DNA of 63,964 nt, counting the filler. It is 5 parts of 5 records of this genome, joined end to end, with 100 filler letters (N's around TTAATTAATTAA, not from the genome) between each part and the next. Parts side by side here need not be neighbours in the genome. Positions count along the whole stretch, not along the records: positions 1 to 8,784 come from DRR723986_11286; positions 8,885 to 21,429 come from DRR723986_11287; 3 more parts are not named here. One strand, written 5' to 3'. Below are positions 1 through 12,997 of the stretch, in pieces. Both the position numbers and the translations under genes were made by a program. The notes beneath the pieces were generated by a model. It was not told where the DNA came from. It searched no databases and saw nothing but the letters and a program-made list of their open reading frames with translations. Position 1 is the first letter of the stretch; the number at the start of each line of letters is the position of its first letter.

Positions 1-1448
1 CAATAGGCCTGCCGCCCCTCGGCCACCGCCTGCCGCAGGTGATCCACAACCTCATCCATGCGCGCGGTACTGACCATTGCGGTGCGGATCGGTTTCCGCC
101 CCGGCGGCTTTTCGTCCAGAACCGAGATATCCATGTCGCCATAGGTGGCGAGGCTCAGCGTGCGGGGAATGGGGGTTGCCGTCATCACCAGAACATCGGC
201 CTTTGCGCCCTTCTGGCCCAGTTTCACCCGCTGGCGGACGCCAAACCGGTGCTGTTCATCGACGATGGCCAGCCGCAGGTCGGCGAATTCCACGTCATCC
301 TGAAACACCGCATGAGTGCCCACCAGAATGCCGATCTCGCCCGATTTCAGCGCCTCCAGTTTCGCCCGCCGATCTGCCCCCTTGTCGCGGCCGGTCAGGC
401 TGTCCAAACGCACGCCCGCCGCCTCGGCCAGCGGTTTCAGCCCATCGAAATGCTGCGCGGCAAGGATCGAGGTCGGCGCCATCATCACCCCCTGCCCGCC
501 CGCTTCCACCGCGACCAGCAGCGCCATCAGCGCCACCAGCGTCTTGCCCGCGCCAACATCGCCTTGCAGCAAGCGGTTCATCTTGACCGGCTGCGCCATG
601 TCCGCAGCGATTTCCGCAATCGCCCTCTCCTGCGCACCGGTTGGGTGATAGGGGAGCGATTTCAACACCTTGGCCCGCAGCGCCCCATCCCCTTCGCTGA
701 CCCGCCCCTTGGCGCGCTTCAGCTTCAGCCGCGCCAGACCAAGCGTCAACTGATGCGCCAACAGCTCATCATAGGCCAGCCGTTCCCGCGCCGGGTGACT
801 GCGTGACAGGGTTTCAGGCCCCGCCGGGCAATGCAGCTGTTCCAGCGCGTCGGGCCAAGCCGGCCATTTGCGGGACTTCAGCAGGGCAAGGTCAATCCAT
901 TCCCCAAAATAAGGCGCACGCGGCAAGGCCGACGCAATCGCCTTGGCAATACCCTTCTGCGTCACACCCGATGTCAGCGGATAGACCGGTTCATAGGTCG
1001 GAATTTCATCGGCCTCGGCAGGCGACAGAATGTGATCGGGATGGACCATCTGCGCCAGCCCGTCGAACAATTCCACCTTGCCGGACACCAGCCGGCGGCT
1101 GCCCGTGGGCAGGGTGCGTTGAAGATAGTCGCCATGGGCGTGGAAAAAGACCAGCTCGAAACTGGTCGCGGCATCGGTCACCTGAACCCGGTAGGGCCGC
1201 CCGCGCGACGCGGGTTTGCGGTGCGGGCCGATCTCGACCGCGACCGTCACGATCCCCGGCAACACCGCGTCCCGAATGCTGTCACGACGCGTCCGGTCAA
1301 CGCCACCAACTGGCAGGGTCAGCAGCAGGTCTTTCGGGGTTTCGACATTTAACCCCTTGTAATGCTTTGCCGTTTTCGGGCCAATTCCGTCCAGCCCTTC
1401 CAGCTCTGCGAACAGAGGGAAGAGGATTTCCGGGCGTCCCTTGGGCAT
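1..1448 (-). CDS. recG: ATP-dependent DNA helicase RecG (3' end outside the window)
   Basis: Manual translation from ATG at 1448 gives MPKGRPEILFPLFAELEGLDGIGPKTAK. It contains MNRLLQGDVGAGKT (motif I) and AIVDEQHRFG (DEQH box). It is absent from the ORF track because no stop codon lies in the window. It starts 1 nt after the ligA stop. Confidence 0.96.
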   Translation of the reverse strand, partial: MPKGRPEILFPLFAELEGLDGIGPKTAKHYKGLNVETPKDLLLTLPVGGVDRTRRDSIRDAVLPGIVTVAVEIGPHRKPASRGRPYRVQVTDAATSFELVFFHAHGDYLQRTLPTGSRRLVSGKVELFDGLAQMVHPDHILSPAEADEIPTYEPVYPLTSGVTQKGIAKAIASALPRAPYFGEWIDLALLKSRKWPAWPDALEQLHCPAGPETLSRSHPARERLAYDELLAHQLTLGLARLKLKRAKGRVSEGDGALRAKVLKSLPYHPTGAQERAIAEIAADMAQPVKMNRLLQGDVGAGKTLVALMALLVAVEAGGQGVMMAPTSILAAQHFDGLKPLAEAAGVRLDSLTGRDKGADRRAKLEALKSGEIGILVGTHAVFQDDVEFADLRLAIVDEQHRFGVRQRVKLGQKGAKADVLVMTATPIPRTLSLATYGDMDISVLDEKPPGRKPIRTAMVSTARMDEVVDHLRQAVAEGRQAY

Positions 1449-1449
1449 C

Positions 1450-3750
<2,301 letters not shown>

Positions 3751-3808
3751 TCACGGCCTCCCGAAGTGATAGGAGGCCGCAACGGGGAGGTCCAGTGATG
3801 AGAGCAGA

Positions 3809-4522
3809 TCAGGCCGTAGCGGCAAAGCCCTGAGGCTGCGCTTCTTCCATCGGGTCGCGCAGCACATAGCCCCGGCCCCAGATGGTTTCGATATGATTGT
3901 CGCCGCCGGTGGCCTGCGAGAGTTTTTTGCGCAACTTGCAGATAAACACGTCGATAATCTTCAATTCCGGCTCATCCATGCCGCCATAAAGATGGTTGAG
4001 GAACATCTCCTTCGTAAGCGTCGTGCCCTTGCGGAGGCTTAAAAGTTCCAGCATCTGGTATTCCTTGCCAGTCAGATGCACGGCTCTGCCATCCACATCG
4101 ACCGTCTTGGCGTCGAGATTCACGTTGATCCGCCCGGTTCGAATCACCGATTGGGCGTGTCCCTTGGACCGGCGGATGATCGCGTGGATCCGTGCGATCA
4201 GTTCATCCCTGTGGAAAGGCTTGGTCAGATAGTCGTCAGCGCCGAAGCCAAAGCCCTTGATCTTGCTTTCCGTATCGTCCGAGCCGGAGAGGATCAGGAT
4301 TGGCGTATCGACACGGGCAAGGCGCAATTGGCGCAGCACTTCGTGTCCGTTCATGTCGGGCAGGTTCAGGTCGAGGAGGATCAGGTCGTAGTCATAAAGC
4401 TTGGCGAGATCGATGCCCTCTTCCCCCAAATCGGTCGAATAGACATTGAGATTCGCATGACTGAGCATCATTTCAATGCTTTTCGAGGTGGTGGGATCAT
4501 CTTCTACAAGCAGGACACGCAT
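3809..4522 (-). CDS. ctrA: Cell-cycle/GTA response regulator CtrA
   Basis: MRVLLVEDD...[16 protein letters not shown]...[25 protein letters not shown]. It sits in the conserved ligA-ctrA-sciP-mnmA synteny. Start moved to ATG 4522. Confidence 0.97.
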   Translation of the reverse strand: MRVLLVEDDPTTSKSIEMMLSHANLNVYSTDLGEEGIDLAKLYDYDLILLDLNLPDMNGHEVLRQLRLARVDTPILILSGSDDTESKIKGFGFGADDYLTKPFHRDELIARIHAIIRRSKGHAQSVIRTGRINVNLDAKTVDVDGRAVHLTGKEYQMLELLSLRKGTTLTKEMFLNHLYGGMDEPELKIIDVFICKLRKKLSQATGGDNHIETIWGRGYVLRDPMEEAQPQGFAATA

Positions 4523-4571
4523 TACGAACTCTCCGAATCTTTCGAACTGGTTACAACCATGGGGACACTTC

Positions 4572-4587
4572 GTTAATTTCAAGTTAT
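4572..4587 (-). promoter_or_regulatory. Putative CtrA-binding site upstream of ctrA
   Basis: Minus strand reads ATAA-CTTGAAA-TTAAC, one mismatch from TTAA-N7-TTAAC, about 50 nt upstream of the ctrA ATG. Confidence 0.6.
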
Positions 4588-4637
4588 CTTTTTAGATAGT
4601 CTTATCAAAAATGCTTATTTGCAATCCCAAAATTGCA

Positions 4638-4913
4638 TTAAGCGCGAAATCGCTGCAGGGCCGTTGCTTTTAATGCCTGCGCCCCGTGTTCTGAAACGGC
4701 ACGGGTCCAACTGTTCAATTCCTCTTCGGACAAAGCATAAATGCGACACGCCTCTTCCCGATCAAGAAGCCCATATGAGACCGCATTTGCAACAGCCGCC
4801 TTTCGGCTTGCAACCCAACGTCTGGTCGATGAACTTGGCAGGTCTGCGCGGGTCATTACACTGCCATCGGGAAGGGTTACGGATTGGACCCCTTTGACAC
4901 GTCTGATATACAT
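4638..4913 (-). CDS. sciP: CtrA inhibitor SciP (DUF1153)
   Basis: VTLPDGSVMTRADLP...RRWVASRKAAV...YALSEEEL; adjacent to ctrA. Confidence 0.93.
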   Translation of the reverse strand: MYIRRVKGVQSVTLPDGSVMTRADLPSSSTRRWVASRKAAVANAVSYGLLDREEACRIYALSEEELNSWTRAVSEHGAQALKATALQRFRA

Positions 4914-4984
4914 GGCGCTCCTCTCACCTCGCGGGTTGGGGGATACCCTGTCGCAAAGAGTTTAACAGTCGGTAAGCACGTCCC

Positions 4985-5012
4985 TTGAGGATAGGTGGCA
5001 TTTTCCTATATT
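4985..5012 (+). promoter_or_regulatory. Candidate sigma70 promoter of mnmA
   Basis: TTGAGG-N16-TATATT, 25 nt upstream of the mnmA ATG; judged by eye only. Confidence 0.35.
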
Positions 5013-5037
5013 GCGCCTGAAACCCCCGGAGACTCCC

Positions 5038-6177
5038 ATGCCCCTCGACCCACATCCTGTGAACTCGCTTGGCTTTGCCAAACCACCCTCGGACACCCGT
5101 GTCGTGGTGGCAATGTCGGGTGGTGTCGACAGCTCTGTTGTCGCCGCAGAGCTTGCAGAACAAGGCTATGACGTGATCGGCGTCACCTTGCAGCTCTATG
5201 ATCACGGGGCAGCCCTGGCCAAGAAAGGCGCTTGCTGTGCGGGGCGCGACATCCATGATGCGCGCCGCGTGGCCGAAGAGATGGGATTCCCCCACTACGT
5301 GCTGGATTACGAGAATATCTTCAAGGATGCGGTGATCGACGAATTCGCCGAAAGCTATCTTGCAGGCGCCACGCCTGTGCCCTGCATCCGTTGCAATGAG
5401 CGGGTGAAGTTCAAGGATCTGCTGGAAACCGCCCGCGATCTGGATGCCGACTGCATGGCAACCGGGCACTACATTCAGCGCATGGAGGGTGACAATGGGG
5501 CCGAATTGCATTGCGCCGCGGATTCCGCTCGCGACCAAAGCTATTTCCTGTTTTCGACCACGAAAGAGCAGTTGGAATTCCTGCGGTTTCCTCTGGGCCA
5601 TTTGCCATCCAAGAATGAAACCCGGAAATTGGCCGCCCGATATGGCCTGCCTGTCGCCGACAAACCCGACAGCCAGGATATTTGCTTTGTGCCCGATGGA
5701 AACTATGCCTCGGTGATCGAGAAACTGCGCCCCGGCGCGGCCGATCCCGGCGATATCGTCGATATGAACGGCACCGTTCTGGGCCAGCATCGCGGCGTGA
5801 TTCACTATACGATTGGCCAGAGGCGCGGGCTTGGAATTGGCGGGCTGGATACGCCGCTTTACGTTGTTAAATTGGATCCGGATACACGGCAGGTCGTGGT
5901 TGGTCCGAAAGAGGCGCTGTCCAGACGGATCGTGCCGGTGCGCGAGATCAACTGGCTTGGCGATGAACCCTTCACGTCGCGCCCCGAATGGCACGTGTCG
6001 GTCAAGATCCGCTCGACCCGTCCGCCGCGCGAAGCAGTGATCCGCCCGATCTCTGAGACCGAAGCCGAGGTGGAGCTGATCGTGGCAGAGGAAGGCGTCA
6101 GTCCCGGACAGGCCTGCGTGTTCTATGACCCCGATAGCAGCCGCATTTTCGGTGGCGGCTGGATCTGGCGCGGGTGA
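5038..6177 (+). CDS. mnmA: tRNA 2-thiouridine(34) synthase MnmA
   Basis: [12 protein letters not shown]-loop, [26 protein letters not shown] and SPGQACVFY. Start moved to ATG 5038. Confidence 0.97.
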   Translation: MPLDPHPVNSLGFAKPPSDTRVVVAMSGGVDSSVVAAELAEQGYDVIGVTLQLYDHGAALAKKGACCAGRDIHDARRVAEEMGFPHYVLDYENIFKDAVIDEFAESYLAGATPVPCIRCNERVKFKDLLETARDLDADCMATGHYIQRMEGDNGAELHCAADSARDQSYFLFSTTKEQLEFLRFPLGHLPSKNETRKLAARYGLPVADKPDSQDICFVPDGNYASVIEKLRPGAADPGDIVDMNGTVLGQHRGVIHYTIGQRRGLGIGGLDTPLYVVKLDPDTRQVVVGPKEALSRRIVPVREINWLGDEPFTSRPEWHVSVKIRSTRPPREAVIRPISETEAEVELIVAEEGVSPGQACVFYDPDSSRIFGGGWIWRG

Positions 6178-6276
6178 GGTCATCCTGGCCCGTCCGAACC
6201 CGGCTGGTACATGCGCGCACATACTTCCCCTGTTCGCGGTCTTTCGCTTAACCTGCGCCTGATCGAAGGGGGCCAC

Positions 6277-6696
6277 ATGACCGCAGACCAGATCATCGCA
6301 ACGCTTGGGCTGGAACCGCACCCTGAGGGCGGCCATTATCGCCAGACATGGGTGGCCGAAAATGACGGGCGGCCAACGGGGACCTGCATCTATTTCCTGC
6401 TGAAAGCGGGCGAGGCCAGCCACTGGCACAAGGTCGATGCTGCCGAGATCTGGCTTTTCCACGCGGGCGCGCCTTTGGTCCTGTCGATCAGCGAAACGGA
6501 TGATGGCCCCGCGACCGACCACCTGCTGACCCCCGACCTGACCCGGGGCCGCCCGCAAATCCTCGTCCCCCCGCATAACTGGCAGGCGGCGCGCACGACG
6601 GGCGACTACACGCTGGTCAGTTGCACGGTCAGCCCCGGCTTCCAGTTCGAGGGGTTCGAGCTTGCCGCCCCCGGCTTCGACATCCCAAGGGGCTGA
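6277..6696 (+). CDS. Cupin superfamily protein (DUF985/cupin_5-like)
   Basis: LEPHPEGGHY, IYFLL, SHWHKVDAAEIWLFHAG and LVSCTVSPGFQF. Confidence 0.88.
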   Translation: MTADQIIATLGLEPHPEGGHYRQTWVAENDGRPTGTCIYFLLKAGEASHWHKVDAAEIWLFHAGAPLVLSISETDDGPATDHLLTPDLTRGRPQILVPPHNWQAARTTGDYTLVSCTVSPGFQFEGFELAAPGFDIPRG

Positions 6697-6697
6697 G

Positions 6698-7588
6698 ATG
6701 GATCACAAAGCCGCCCTCGCCGCCCTGCCTGCCGCGCGGAAAGAGGCGTTGCAGGAACGATCAGACCTCAAGGGCCTGTTGCATCTTGCCGGGCATATTG
6801 CGGCCTTGGGTGCCTGCGCGCTGCCAATCCTCATGGGCTGGCCCGGCTGGCCGCTTGCACTGCTGCCGCTCGGCATTCTGACGGTGTTCCTCTTCACGCT
6901 CAGCCATGAGTGCACACACTATACGCCGTTCAAAACCCGCTGGCTGAACGATGCCGTGGGCCACGTGGTCAGCCTGCCGCTGATGCTGCCTTTTATCTGG
7001 TTCCGCTATTTCCACCTCGCCCATCATAAATTCACCAACGACCCTGAGCATGACCCAGAGTTGGAACATGGGCCAAGGCCCGAGACATGGGGTCAGTTCC
7101 TGATCTATCTCAGCGGATGGGGCTATTGGCGCGGAATGGCATGCACGATCTGGCGCAATGCTTTTGGCAAGCTTGACGCCCCCTACCTGCCCGCCCGCCA
7201 GCATGGAGCAGTCCGGCGCGAGGCACGGGAGCTGCTGGCGGTTTACGCCTTCATTGCCCTCAGCCTCATCTGGACATCGCTGGCGCTGTGGATCTGGATC
7301 GTGCCGTCCCTGCTTGGCCAGCCGTTCCTGAGGCTGTATCTGCTGGCCGAACATGGCCGCTGTCCGCCGGTGGCCAATATGCTGGAAAACTCCCGCACCA
7401 CCTATGCGGGCTGGCCGGTGCGCTTCATCGCGTGGAACATGCCCTTCCATGCGGAACACCACAGTTTCCCGAATGTTCCCTTCCACAAACTGCCGGAGCT
7501 GAACCGCGACCTTGCGCCGTTGTTGCAAAGCACCTCGCCCAGCTATCCAGCATTCGCGAAAGACTACACGGACAGCTTGCGCCCCTAG
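6698..7588 (+). CDS. Membrane fatty-acid desaturase/hydroxylase family protein (MocD-like)
   Basis: Three His boxes (HECTH, HLAHH, HAEHH) plus hydrophobic segments; starts 1 nt after the cupin stop. Confidence 0.85.
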   Translation: MDHKAALAALPAARKEALQERSDLKGLLHLAGHIAALGACALPILMGWPGWPLALLPLGILTVFLFTLSHECTHYTPFKTRWLNDAVGHVVSLPLMLPFIWFRYFHLAHHKFTNDPEHDPELEHGPRPETWGQFLIYLSGWGYWRGMACTIWRNAFGKLDAPYLPARQHGAVRREARELLAVYAFIALSLIWTSLALWIWIVPSLLGQPFLRLYLLAEHGRCPPVANMLENSRTTYAGWPVRFIAWNMPFHAEHHSFPNVPFHKLPELNRDLAPLLQSTSPSYPAFAKDYTDSLRP

Positions 7589-8682
7589 CCGCGCGGTCGG
7601 CTGATCCGCCCGCCACCCACCTGCGCGGCAACGCCCGTGGTCATTGGGCCAGAGGTCGACATCTTGCGCACCACCCGAACGGCGAGGAATGCAAAGGCCT
7701 GTGCTTCCAGCATGTCGCCGTTCAGCCCGACCTCCTCGACCGGATGAACCGGGCAGGACAGCGCGTCCGCCAAGCCTTGCATCATCGCCGCATTGTGCCG
7801 CCCGCCACCGCAGACCAGAACGCGGGTGGGCGGTTCGGGGCAATGGCGCAGCCCCTCAGCCACGCAGGCCACGGAGATCGCGACAAGGGTCGCGGCGGCA
7901 TCGGCATCCGACAAAGCCTCCACCCGTGCAAACAGATCGTTAAAATCATTCCTATCCAATGACTTCGGAGGCATTCTTGACATGAATGGTCGGCGCAAGG
8001 CCGCCTCTACGATGCTGTGATCCACCGTCCCTGACAGCGCCAACGCGCCGCCTTCGTCCCGCGCAACGCCCAAGCGCGCGCGCATGAGGTCATCCAGCGG
8101 CGCATTCCCCGGCCCGGTATCAAAGGCCAGCACCGCGCCATCCTGTTCCGGCCCCGACAGGCGCGGATCGACCCATGTCAGGTTACCGACCCCACCGAGG
8201 TTGAGAAATACCAGCGGCTCCGTCGCGCCGACCCACTGGGCGCAGGCGAAATGAAAATACGGCGCAAGCGGCGCGCCCTCGCCGCCCAGTTGCACGTCCG
8301 ATGACCGGAAATCCCACATCACCGGCAGCCCCAGCACATCGGCCAGCACCTGCCCGTCGCCCGCCTGATGCGTTCCACGCCCGCGCGGGTCATGGGCCAA
8401 TGTCTGGCCGTGAAAGCCGACCATGTCGGCCCCGTCCAGCCGCGACAGCACCGCCGCATGGGCGGTTTCCACCACCTCGGCTGCGGCCTCTACCCCATCC
8501 TCGCCGGGCCATGATCCAAGGGCCGCGCGGATCACATCGCGCTCGTCCTCTCGATACGCCCGATAGCGCGTCTCGCCGAAATCGAAGATCCTGCGGCCAT
8601 CGGTCTTCAACAAAGCCGCGTCCACGCCATCAAGGGATGTGCCAGACATCGCGCCCGCAACCCATATCGGCCCTTCCATCAT
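7585..8682 (-). CDS. anmK: Anhydro-N-acetylmuramic acid kinase
   Basis: [34 protein letters not shown] and FDTGPGN; divergent from tyrS as usual. Confidence 0.95.
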   Translation of the reverse strand: MMEGPIWVAGAMSGTSLDGVDAALLKTDGRRIFDFGETRYRAYREDERDVIRAALGSWPGEDGVEAAAEVVETAHAAVLSRLDGADMVGFHGQTLAHDPRGRGTHQAGDGQVLADVLGLPVMWDFRSSDVQLGGEGAPLAPYFHFACAQWVGATEPLVFLNLGGVGNLTWVDPRLSGPEQDGAVLAFDTGPGNAPLDDLMRARLGVARDEGGALALSGTVDHSIVEAALRRPFMSRMPPKSLDRNDFNDLFARVEALSDADAAATLVAISVACVAEGLRHCPEPPTRVLVCGGGRHNAAMMQGLADALSCPVHPVEEVGLNGDMLEAQAFAFLAVRVVRKMSTSGPMTTGVAAQVGGGRISRPRG

Positions 8683-8733
8683 GCGTCCCTTCCCGGTATC
8701 ACGCCGCCATCCACATCATTGGACGGACTTCAG

Positions 8734-8784
8734 ATGACCTACCACCCCAAATCCGACTTCATGCGCGTGATGATCGAGCGCGGC
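8734..8784 (+). CDS. tyrS: Tyrosyl-tRNA synthetase, N-terminal fragment (cut by contig end)
   Basis: MTYHPKSDFMRVMIERG matches Rhodobacteraceae TyrS N-termini, and the anmK-tyrS divergent pair is conserved. Confidence 0.75.
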
Positions 8785-8884
8785 NNNNNNNNNNNNNNNN
8801 NNNNNNNNNNNNNNNNNNNNNNNNNNNNTTAATTAATTAANNNNNNNNNNNNNNNNNNNNNNNNNNNNNNNNNNNNNNNNNNNN
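8785..8884. other. Artificial contig-joining spacer
   Basis: N44-TTAATTAATTAA-N44, which places stops in all six frames; tyrS is cut at this point. Confidence 0.99.
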
Positions 8885-8973
8885 AATACGTGTGAAATAC
8901 ACGCTTACAGAATCGAAACCGCAGCGGGATTCGACCTGTCTCGGCTGAGAAACGGCAGGTGATTCCCCCCGGA

Positions 8974-9417
8974 TCACGCTTTGATGGATCTGAGAATCAC
9001 ATTGGTCTGCGCCGAGGACACGGCGGGGATGCGAAACAGGAACTGTTCGAGGAAGCGGTTATAGGCGTCGATATCGGCGCAGGCCACATGCAGATGATAG
9101 TCGGCCTGACCTGTTGTGGCATGACAGGCGCGTACCTCGTCTCGGTGTTTGACGGCGCGAATGAAGGCGGTCAGCTGCTCCGGGTCGTGGCGGGTCAGTT
9201 GCACATGAACGATGGCCTTGAACCCAAGCCCGCGTTTCGCGTCATTGATGCGCACCCCGTATCCTTCGATCACGCCGGCCTCTTCCAAGGCGCGGACGCG
9301 ACGCCAGCAGGAAGACGCGGACAGCCCCACCTTCTCGGCAAGATCGGCGTTCGAGATGCGGCTGTCTTTCTGCAAGGCATTAAGAATCTGTTCGTCGATC
9401 CCATCCAACTCTGACAT
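8974..9417 (-). CDS. Lrp/AsnC family transcriptional regulator
   Basis: MSELDGIDEQILNALQKDSRISNADLAEKVGLSASSCWRRVRALEEAGVI HTH; divergent from the IOR gene. Confidence 0.93.
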   Translation of the reverse strand: MSELDGIDEQILNALQKDSRISNADLAEKVGLSASSCWRRVRALEEAGVIEGYGVRINDAKRGLGFKAIVHVQLTRHDPEQLTAFIRAVKHRDEVRACHATTGQADYHLHVACADIDAYNRFLEQFLFRIPAVSSAQTNVILRSIKA

Positions 9418-9540
9418 TTCAATCCCCAAATTGAGTGAATTGTGGATCATTGTTCCATTATGCGATCAATTCGGCAAGTTAATTGGTCAAAATGGTCACC
9501 TCAATTGGCATATCCTGTCATCACAGGACAGGAGCCCCAA

Positions 9541-12500
9541 ATGACCGCGCAGCCCTCGCATTTCGAAACCTACCATCTGGATGATCGTTACGCCCGGACC
9601 GAAGGCCGGATCTACCTGACCGGCACGCAGGCGCTGGTGCGGGTGATGCTGGACCAGGCGCGGCGCGACCGGGCGGCGGGGCTGACAACCGCCGGCTTCG
9701 TTTCGGGCTATCGTGGATCGCCGCTTGGCGGGCTGGATCAGGAGATGTGGCGGCAGAAATCGCGACTGTCCGATAACCGGATCGAGTTTCTTCCGGCAGT
9801 GAATGAAGATCTTGGCGCGACGGCGGTTCTGGGGGCGCAGCAGGCCTCGCTTGACCCGAATTGCGAGGTCGAGGGCGTGTTTTCCATGTGGTACGGCAAG
9901 GGGCCGGGCGTTGACCGGTCGGGCGATGCGCTGAAGCATGGAAACGCCTATGGGTCTGCGTCGAAGGGCGGTGTTCTGGTGGTTGCGGGCGATGATCATG
10001 GCTGCGTGTCCTCGTCGATGCCGCATCAGTCGGACGTGGCCTTCATGGCCTGGTTCATGCCGACACTTAACCCCGCCAGCATCGCGGAATATCTGGACTT
10101 CGGCGCCTATGGCCTTGCCCTGTCCCGGTTTTCCGGCGCGTGGGTCGGGTTCAAGGCGATCTCGGAAACGGTGGAGGCGGCGCAATCGGTCGAGATCCCG
10201 GCCGACCGTGTGTTCCTCCAACCCGATTTCACCGCCCCGGCCGGTGGCTTGCATGTGCGCCGCTCAGACATGCCAAGCCCGGAAATCGAGACCCGTATCG
10301 GGGCCAAGCTGGAGGCGGTCGAAGCCTTCGCAGAGGCCAACCCGATTGACCGGCGCATCTACGACATCCCCGATGCGCGTTATGGGATCGTGACCACCGG
10401 CAAAGGGCATCTCGATTTGATGGAGGCGCTGCGGTTGCTCGGGCTGGATGAGCCCGCCTGCCGTCGGCTTGGCATCGACATCTACAAGGTCGGCATGGTC
10501 TGGCCGCTGGCGCGCCGCGACGCGCTGGCTTTCGTGTCCGAGAAAGAGGAGGTGCTGGTCGTCGAGGAAAAGCGCGGCATTATCGAGAGCCAGTTCAAGG
10601 AGTATTTCTATGACTGGCCCGGCCACAAGCCGCAGCGGATGGTGGGCAAACACCGTGCGGCGGGCGATCCGCTGATCCCCTGGACGGGGGAGCTGAGCCC
10701 ATTGTTGCTGGTCCCCGTTGTCGCTGAACGGCTGCACGCGTTCTTTCCGCACGAAAACCTGCTCGACAAGGCCCGCGCGCTGTCCGAAACACCAGCCCCG
10801 GTGCTCAGCGTTTCGGGCGCGAGCCGCACGCCCTATTTCTGCTCCGGCTGCCCGCACAATACCTCCACGAAGCTGCCCGCAGGCAGCGTCGCCAATTCCG
10901 GCATCGGTTGCCATGTGATGGCCGGTTGGATGGATCGCAGCACGCTTGGCTACGCTCAGATGGGGGGCGAGGGGGTGCCGTGGTCGGTCGCCTCTCGCTT
11001 TACCGGCGGCGGGCACCGGTTTCAGAATCTGGGCGAGGGGACGTGGTATCATTCCGGGTCTCTCGCGATCCGGCAGGCGGTCGCGGCGGGCGCCAATATC
11101 ACCTACAAGATCCTCTATAATGACGCCGTGGCGATGACCGGCGGGCAGCCTGTCGATGGCCCCGTCAGCCCCGCCGCCGTGGCGCAGGCCTGCCGGGCGG
11201 AAGGGGTGGCGCGAATTGCCGTCGTTTCTGATGATATCGGCAAGTTCCGGCGCGGCGATTTCCCGGCAGATACCAGCTTTCATGACCGGGCCGATCTGAT
11301 GCCCGTGCAACGAGAGTTGCGCGAGGTCAAAGGCGTCTCGGTTCTTCTGTATGAACAGACCTGCGCGACCGAGAAACGCCGCCGCCGCAAGCGTGGCAAG
11401 ATGGAAGACCCCAAGAGGTTTGCCTATATCAACCCGCTTGTTTGCGAAGGTTGCGGCGATTGTTCGGTGGAATCGAACTGCCTGTCGATCGAACCGCGAG
11501 AGACGGAGTTCGGCCGCAAACGCAAGGTGAACCTGTCCAGCTGCAACAAGGATTTTTCGTGCCTGAACGGGTTTTGCCCCAGCTTCGTGACGGTGGAGGG
11601 CGGTGAGAGGCGCAAACCCGCGCCGGTGGCATTGGACCTTGAGGCGCTGAAAGCCGGGTTGCCGGTGCCTGCCGCACCGGACCTTTCGCGCCCCTTCGAT
11701 CTTCTGATCGCGGGCGTCGGCGGCACCGGGGTTGTGACCGTTGGCGCATTGATCACCATGGCCGCGCATCTGGAAGGGAAAGGCGCCAGCGTGCTCGACT
11801 TTACCGGCTTTGCGCAGAAATTCGGCACGGTTCTGGGCTATGTCCGGATCGGGACCAGCCCGGACGCGATCCATCAGGTGCGGATCGAGGCGGGATCGGC
11901 GGATGCGGTCATTGGCTGCGATGCGGTGGTCTGTTCCGCGCCTAAGGCGTCTGTCCACTACCGCCAAGGCACTCAGGTGGTGCTGAACCGGGCGGAAATG
12001 CCGACGGGTGATCTGGTGCTGCACCGCGACGCGCAGTTGAAGATCGCCGAGCGCGAGGCGCTGATCCGGGCAACGGTAGGGGACGGCGTGCTGGCCTTCG
12101 ACGCCAACCTTGCTGCGGAAAAACTGATGGGGGACAGTGTGTTCGCCAATATCCTGCTGCTTGGGGCGGCATTCCAGAACGGTCTGGTGCCGGTCAGCGA
12201 AGTGGCGCTGAAACAGGCGATCTTGCTGAACGGCGTGGCGGTGGACAAGAACGCCATGGCGTTCGATCTGGGCCGGGTGGTGGCCGCGCAGCCGGACCTT
12301 CTGGCCGACTTTCTGGACGACCCCGCGCCGAAGCCTCAGAGTGTGGACCAGATGATTGCCACCCGCGCCGCGTTTTTGTCGGATTATCAGGATGAAGGCT
12401 TTGCGCGGCGGTATTCTGACAGGCTGGCGGGGTTTCGGGCGGCCGTGCCTCAGGCGTCCGATGACGTGGTTGCGGCGGCAGCGAAATCGCTTTTCAAGCT

Positions 12501-12942
12501 GATGGCCATCAAAGATGAATACGAGGTGGCGCGGCTCTTCACCCAAACCGGTTTTGACGCGGAACTGGCCGAGCAGTTTGAAGGCGATTATCGCATCGTT
12601 CACCACCTTGCCCCGCCGATCCTGTCCTTGCGCCGCGATGACCGGGGCCGCCCGGTGAAACGCCGTTTTGGTCCGTGGGTGCGCCCGCTGTTCAAAGGCC
12701 TGGCCAAGGCGCGCAGATGGCGGGGCACCTGGGCGGATCCGTTCCGCTTCAGTGCGGATCGCAAGCTGGACCGGGATCTGCTGGTCTGGTTCGAGAGGGT
12801 GCTGGCCCATGTGGAACGCGATTTCGACGCCAAGACCGCGCTGTCCCTGCTATCTGCGCCAATGGACATCCGGGGCTATGGCCCGGTGAGAGAGGACGCG
12901 GCTGCAAAGGTGCGCGCCGGGATGCCAGCTGGGTTGCGCTGA
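9541..12942 (+). CDS. Fused indolepyruvate:ferredoxin oxidoreductase (IorA/B-type 2-oxoacid oxidoreductase)
   Basis: GYRGSPLGG, FCSGCPHN, ILYNDAVAMTGGQ (TPP-binding region), CEGCGDC and CNKDFSCLNGFCPS Fe-S motifs, and GVGGTGV gamma domain. SD AGGAG precedes ATG 9541. Confidence 0.93.
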   Translation: MTAQPSHFETYHLDDRYARTEGRIYLTGTQALVRVMLDQARRDRAAGLTTAGFVSGYRGSPLGGLDQEMWRQKSRLSDNRIEFLPAVNEDLGATAVLGAQQASLDPNCEVEGVFSMWYGKGPGVDRSGDALKHGNAYGSASKGGVLVVAGDDHGCVSSSMPHQSDVAFMAWFMPTLNPASIAEYLDFGAYGLALSRFSGAWVGFKAISETVEAAQSVEIPADRVFLQPDFTAPAGGLHVRRSDMPSPEIETRIGAKLEAVEAFAEANPIDRRIYDIPDARYGIVTTGKGHLDLMEALRLLGLDEPACRRLGIDIYKVGMVWPLARRDALAFVSEKEEVLVVEEKRGIIESQFKEYFYDWPGHKPQRMVGKHRAAGDPLIPWTGELSPLLLVPVVAERLHAFFPHENLLDKARALSETPAPVLSVSGASRTPYFCSGCPHNTSTKLPAGSVANSGIGCHVMAGWMDRSTLGYAQMGGEGVPWSVASRFTGGGHRFQNLGEGTWYHSGSLAIRQAVAAGANITYKILYNDAVAMTGGQPVDGPVSPAAVAQACRAEGVARIAVVSDDIGKFRRGDFPADTSFHDRADLMPVQRELREVKGVSVLLYEQTCATEKRRRRKRGKMEDPKRFAYINPLVCEGCGDCSVESNCLSIEPRETEFGRKRKVNLSSCNKDFSCLNGFCPSFVTVEGGERRKPAPVALDLEALKAGLPVPAAPDLSRPFDLLIAGVGGTGVVTVGALITMAAHLEGKGASVLDFTGFAQKFGTVLGYVRIGTSPDAIHQVRIEAGSADAVIGCDAVVCSAPKASVHYRQGTQVVLNRAEMPTGDLVLHRDAQLKIAEREALIRATVGDGVLAFDANLAAEKLMGDSVFANILLLGAAFQNGLVPVSEVALKQAILLNGVAVDKNAMAFDLGRVVAAQPDLLADFLDDPAPKPQSVDQMIATRAAFLSDYQDEGFARRYSDRLAGFRAAVPQASDDVVAAAAKSLFKLMAIKDEYEVARLFTQTGFDAELAEQFEGDYRIVHHLAPPILSLRRDDRGRPVKRRFGPWVRPLFKGLAKARRWRGTWADPFRFSADRKLDRDLLVWFERVLAHVERDFDAKTALSLLSAPMDIRGYGPVREDAAAKVRAGMPAGLR

Positions 12943-12997
12943 CTTGACTTCACGCGCCTCTCTGTCGCTGATGGGGCGGCAGGAAAGGGGCCGGGGC

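Noticed and set aside
4962-4975. TTAACAGTCGGTAA upstream of sciP as a full CtrA box
   Set aside because: The spacing is N6 rather than N7 and the second half-site is mismatched; at best it is a half-site.
4924-6576. 550-aa minus-strand ORF
   Set aside because: It is the antisense shadow of mnmA and the cupin gene, with no recognisable motifs.
8885-8973. Several short hairpins downstream of the Lrp gene as a possible ncRNA
   Set aside because: The stems are short, the region is cut by the contig edge and no RNA family is recognisable.
10264-12810. 848-aa minus-strand ORF (likewise 18145-19506, 19615-21477 and 60909-62621 on the plus strand)
   Set aside because: These are antisense frames of ior, tamA, katG and soxA/soxG, expected from high-GC codon bias; one also runs into the N spacer.
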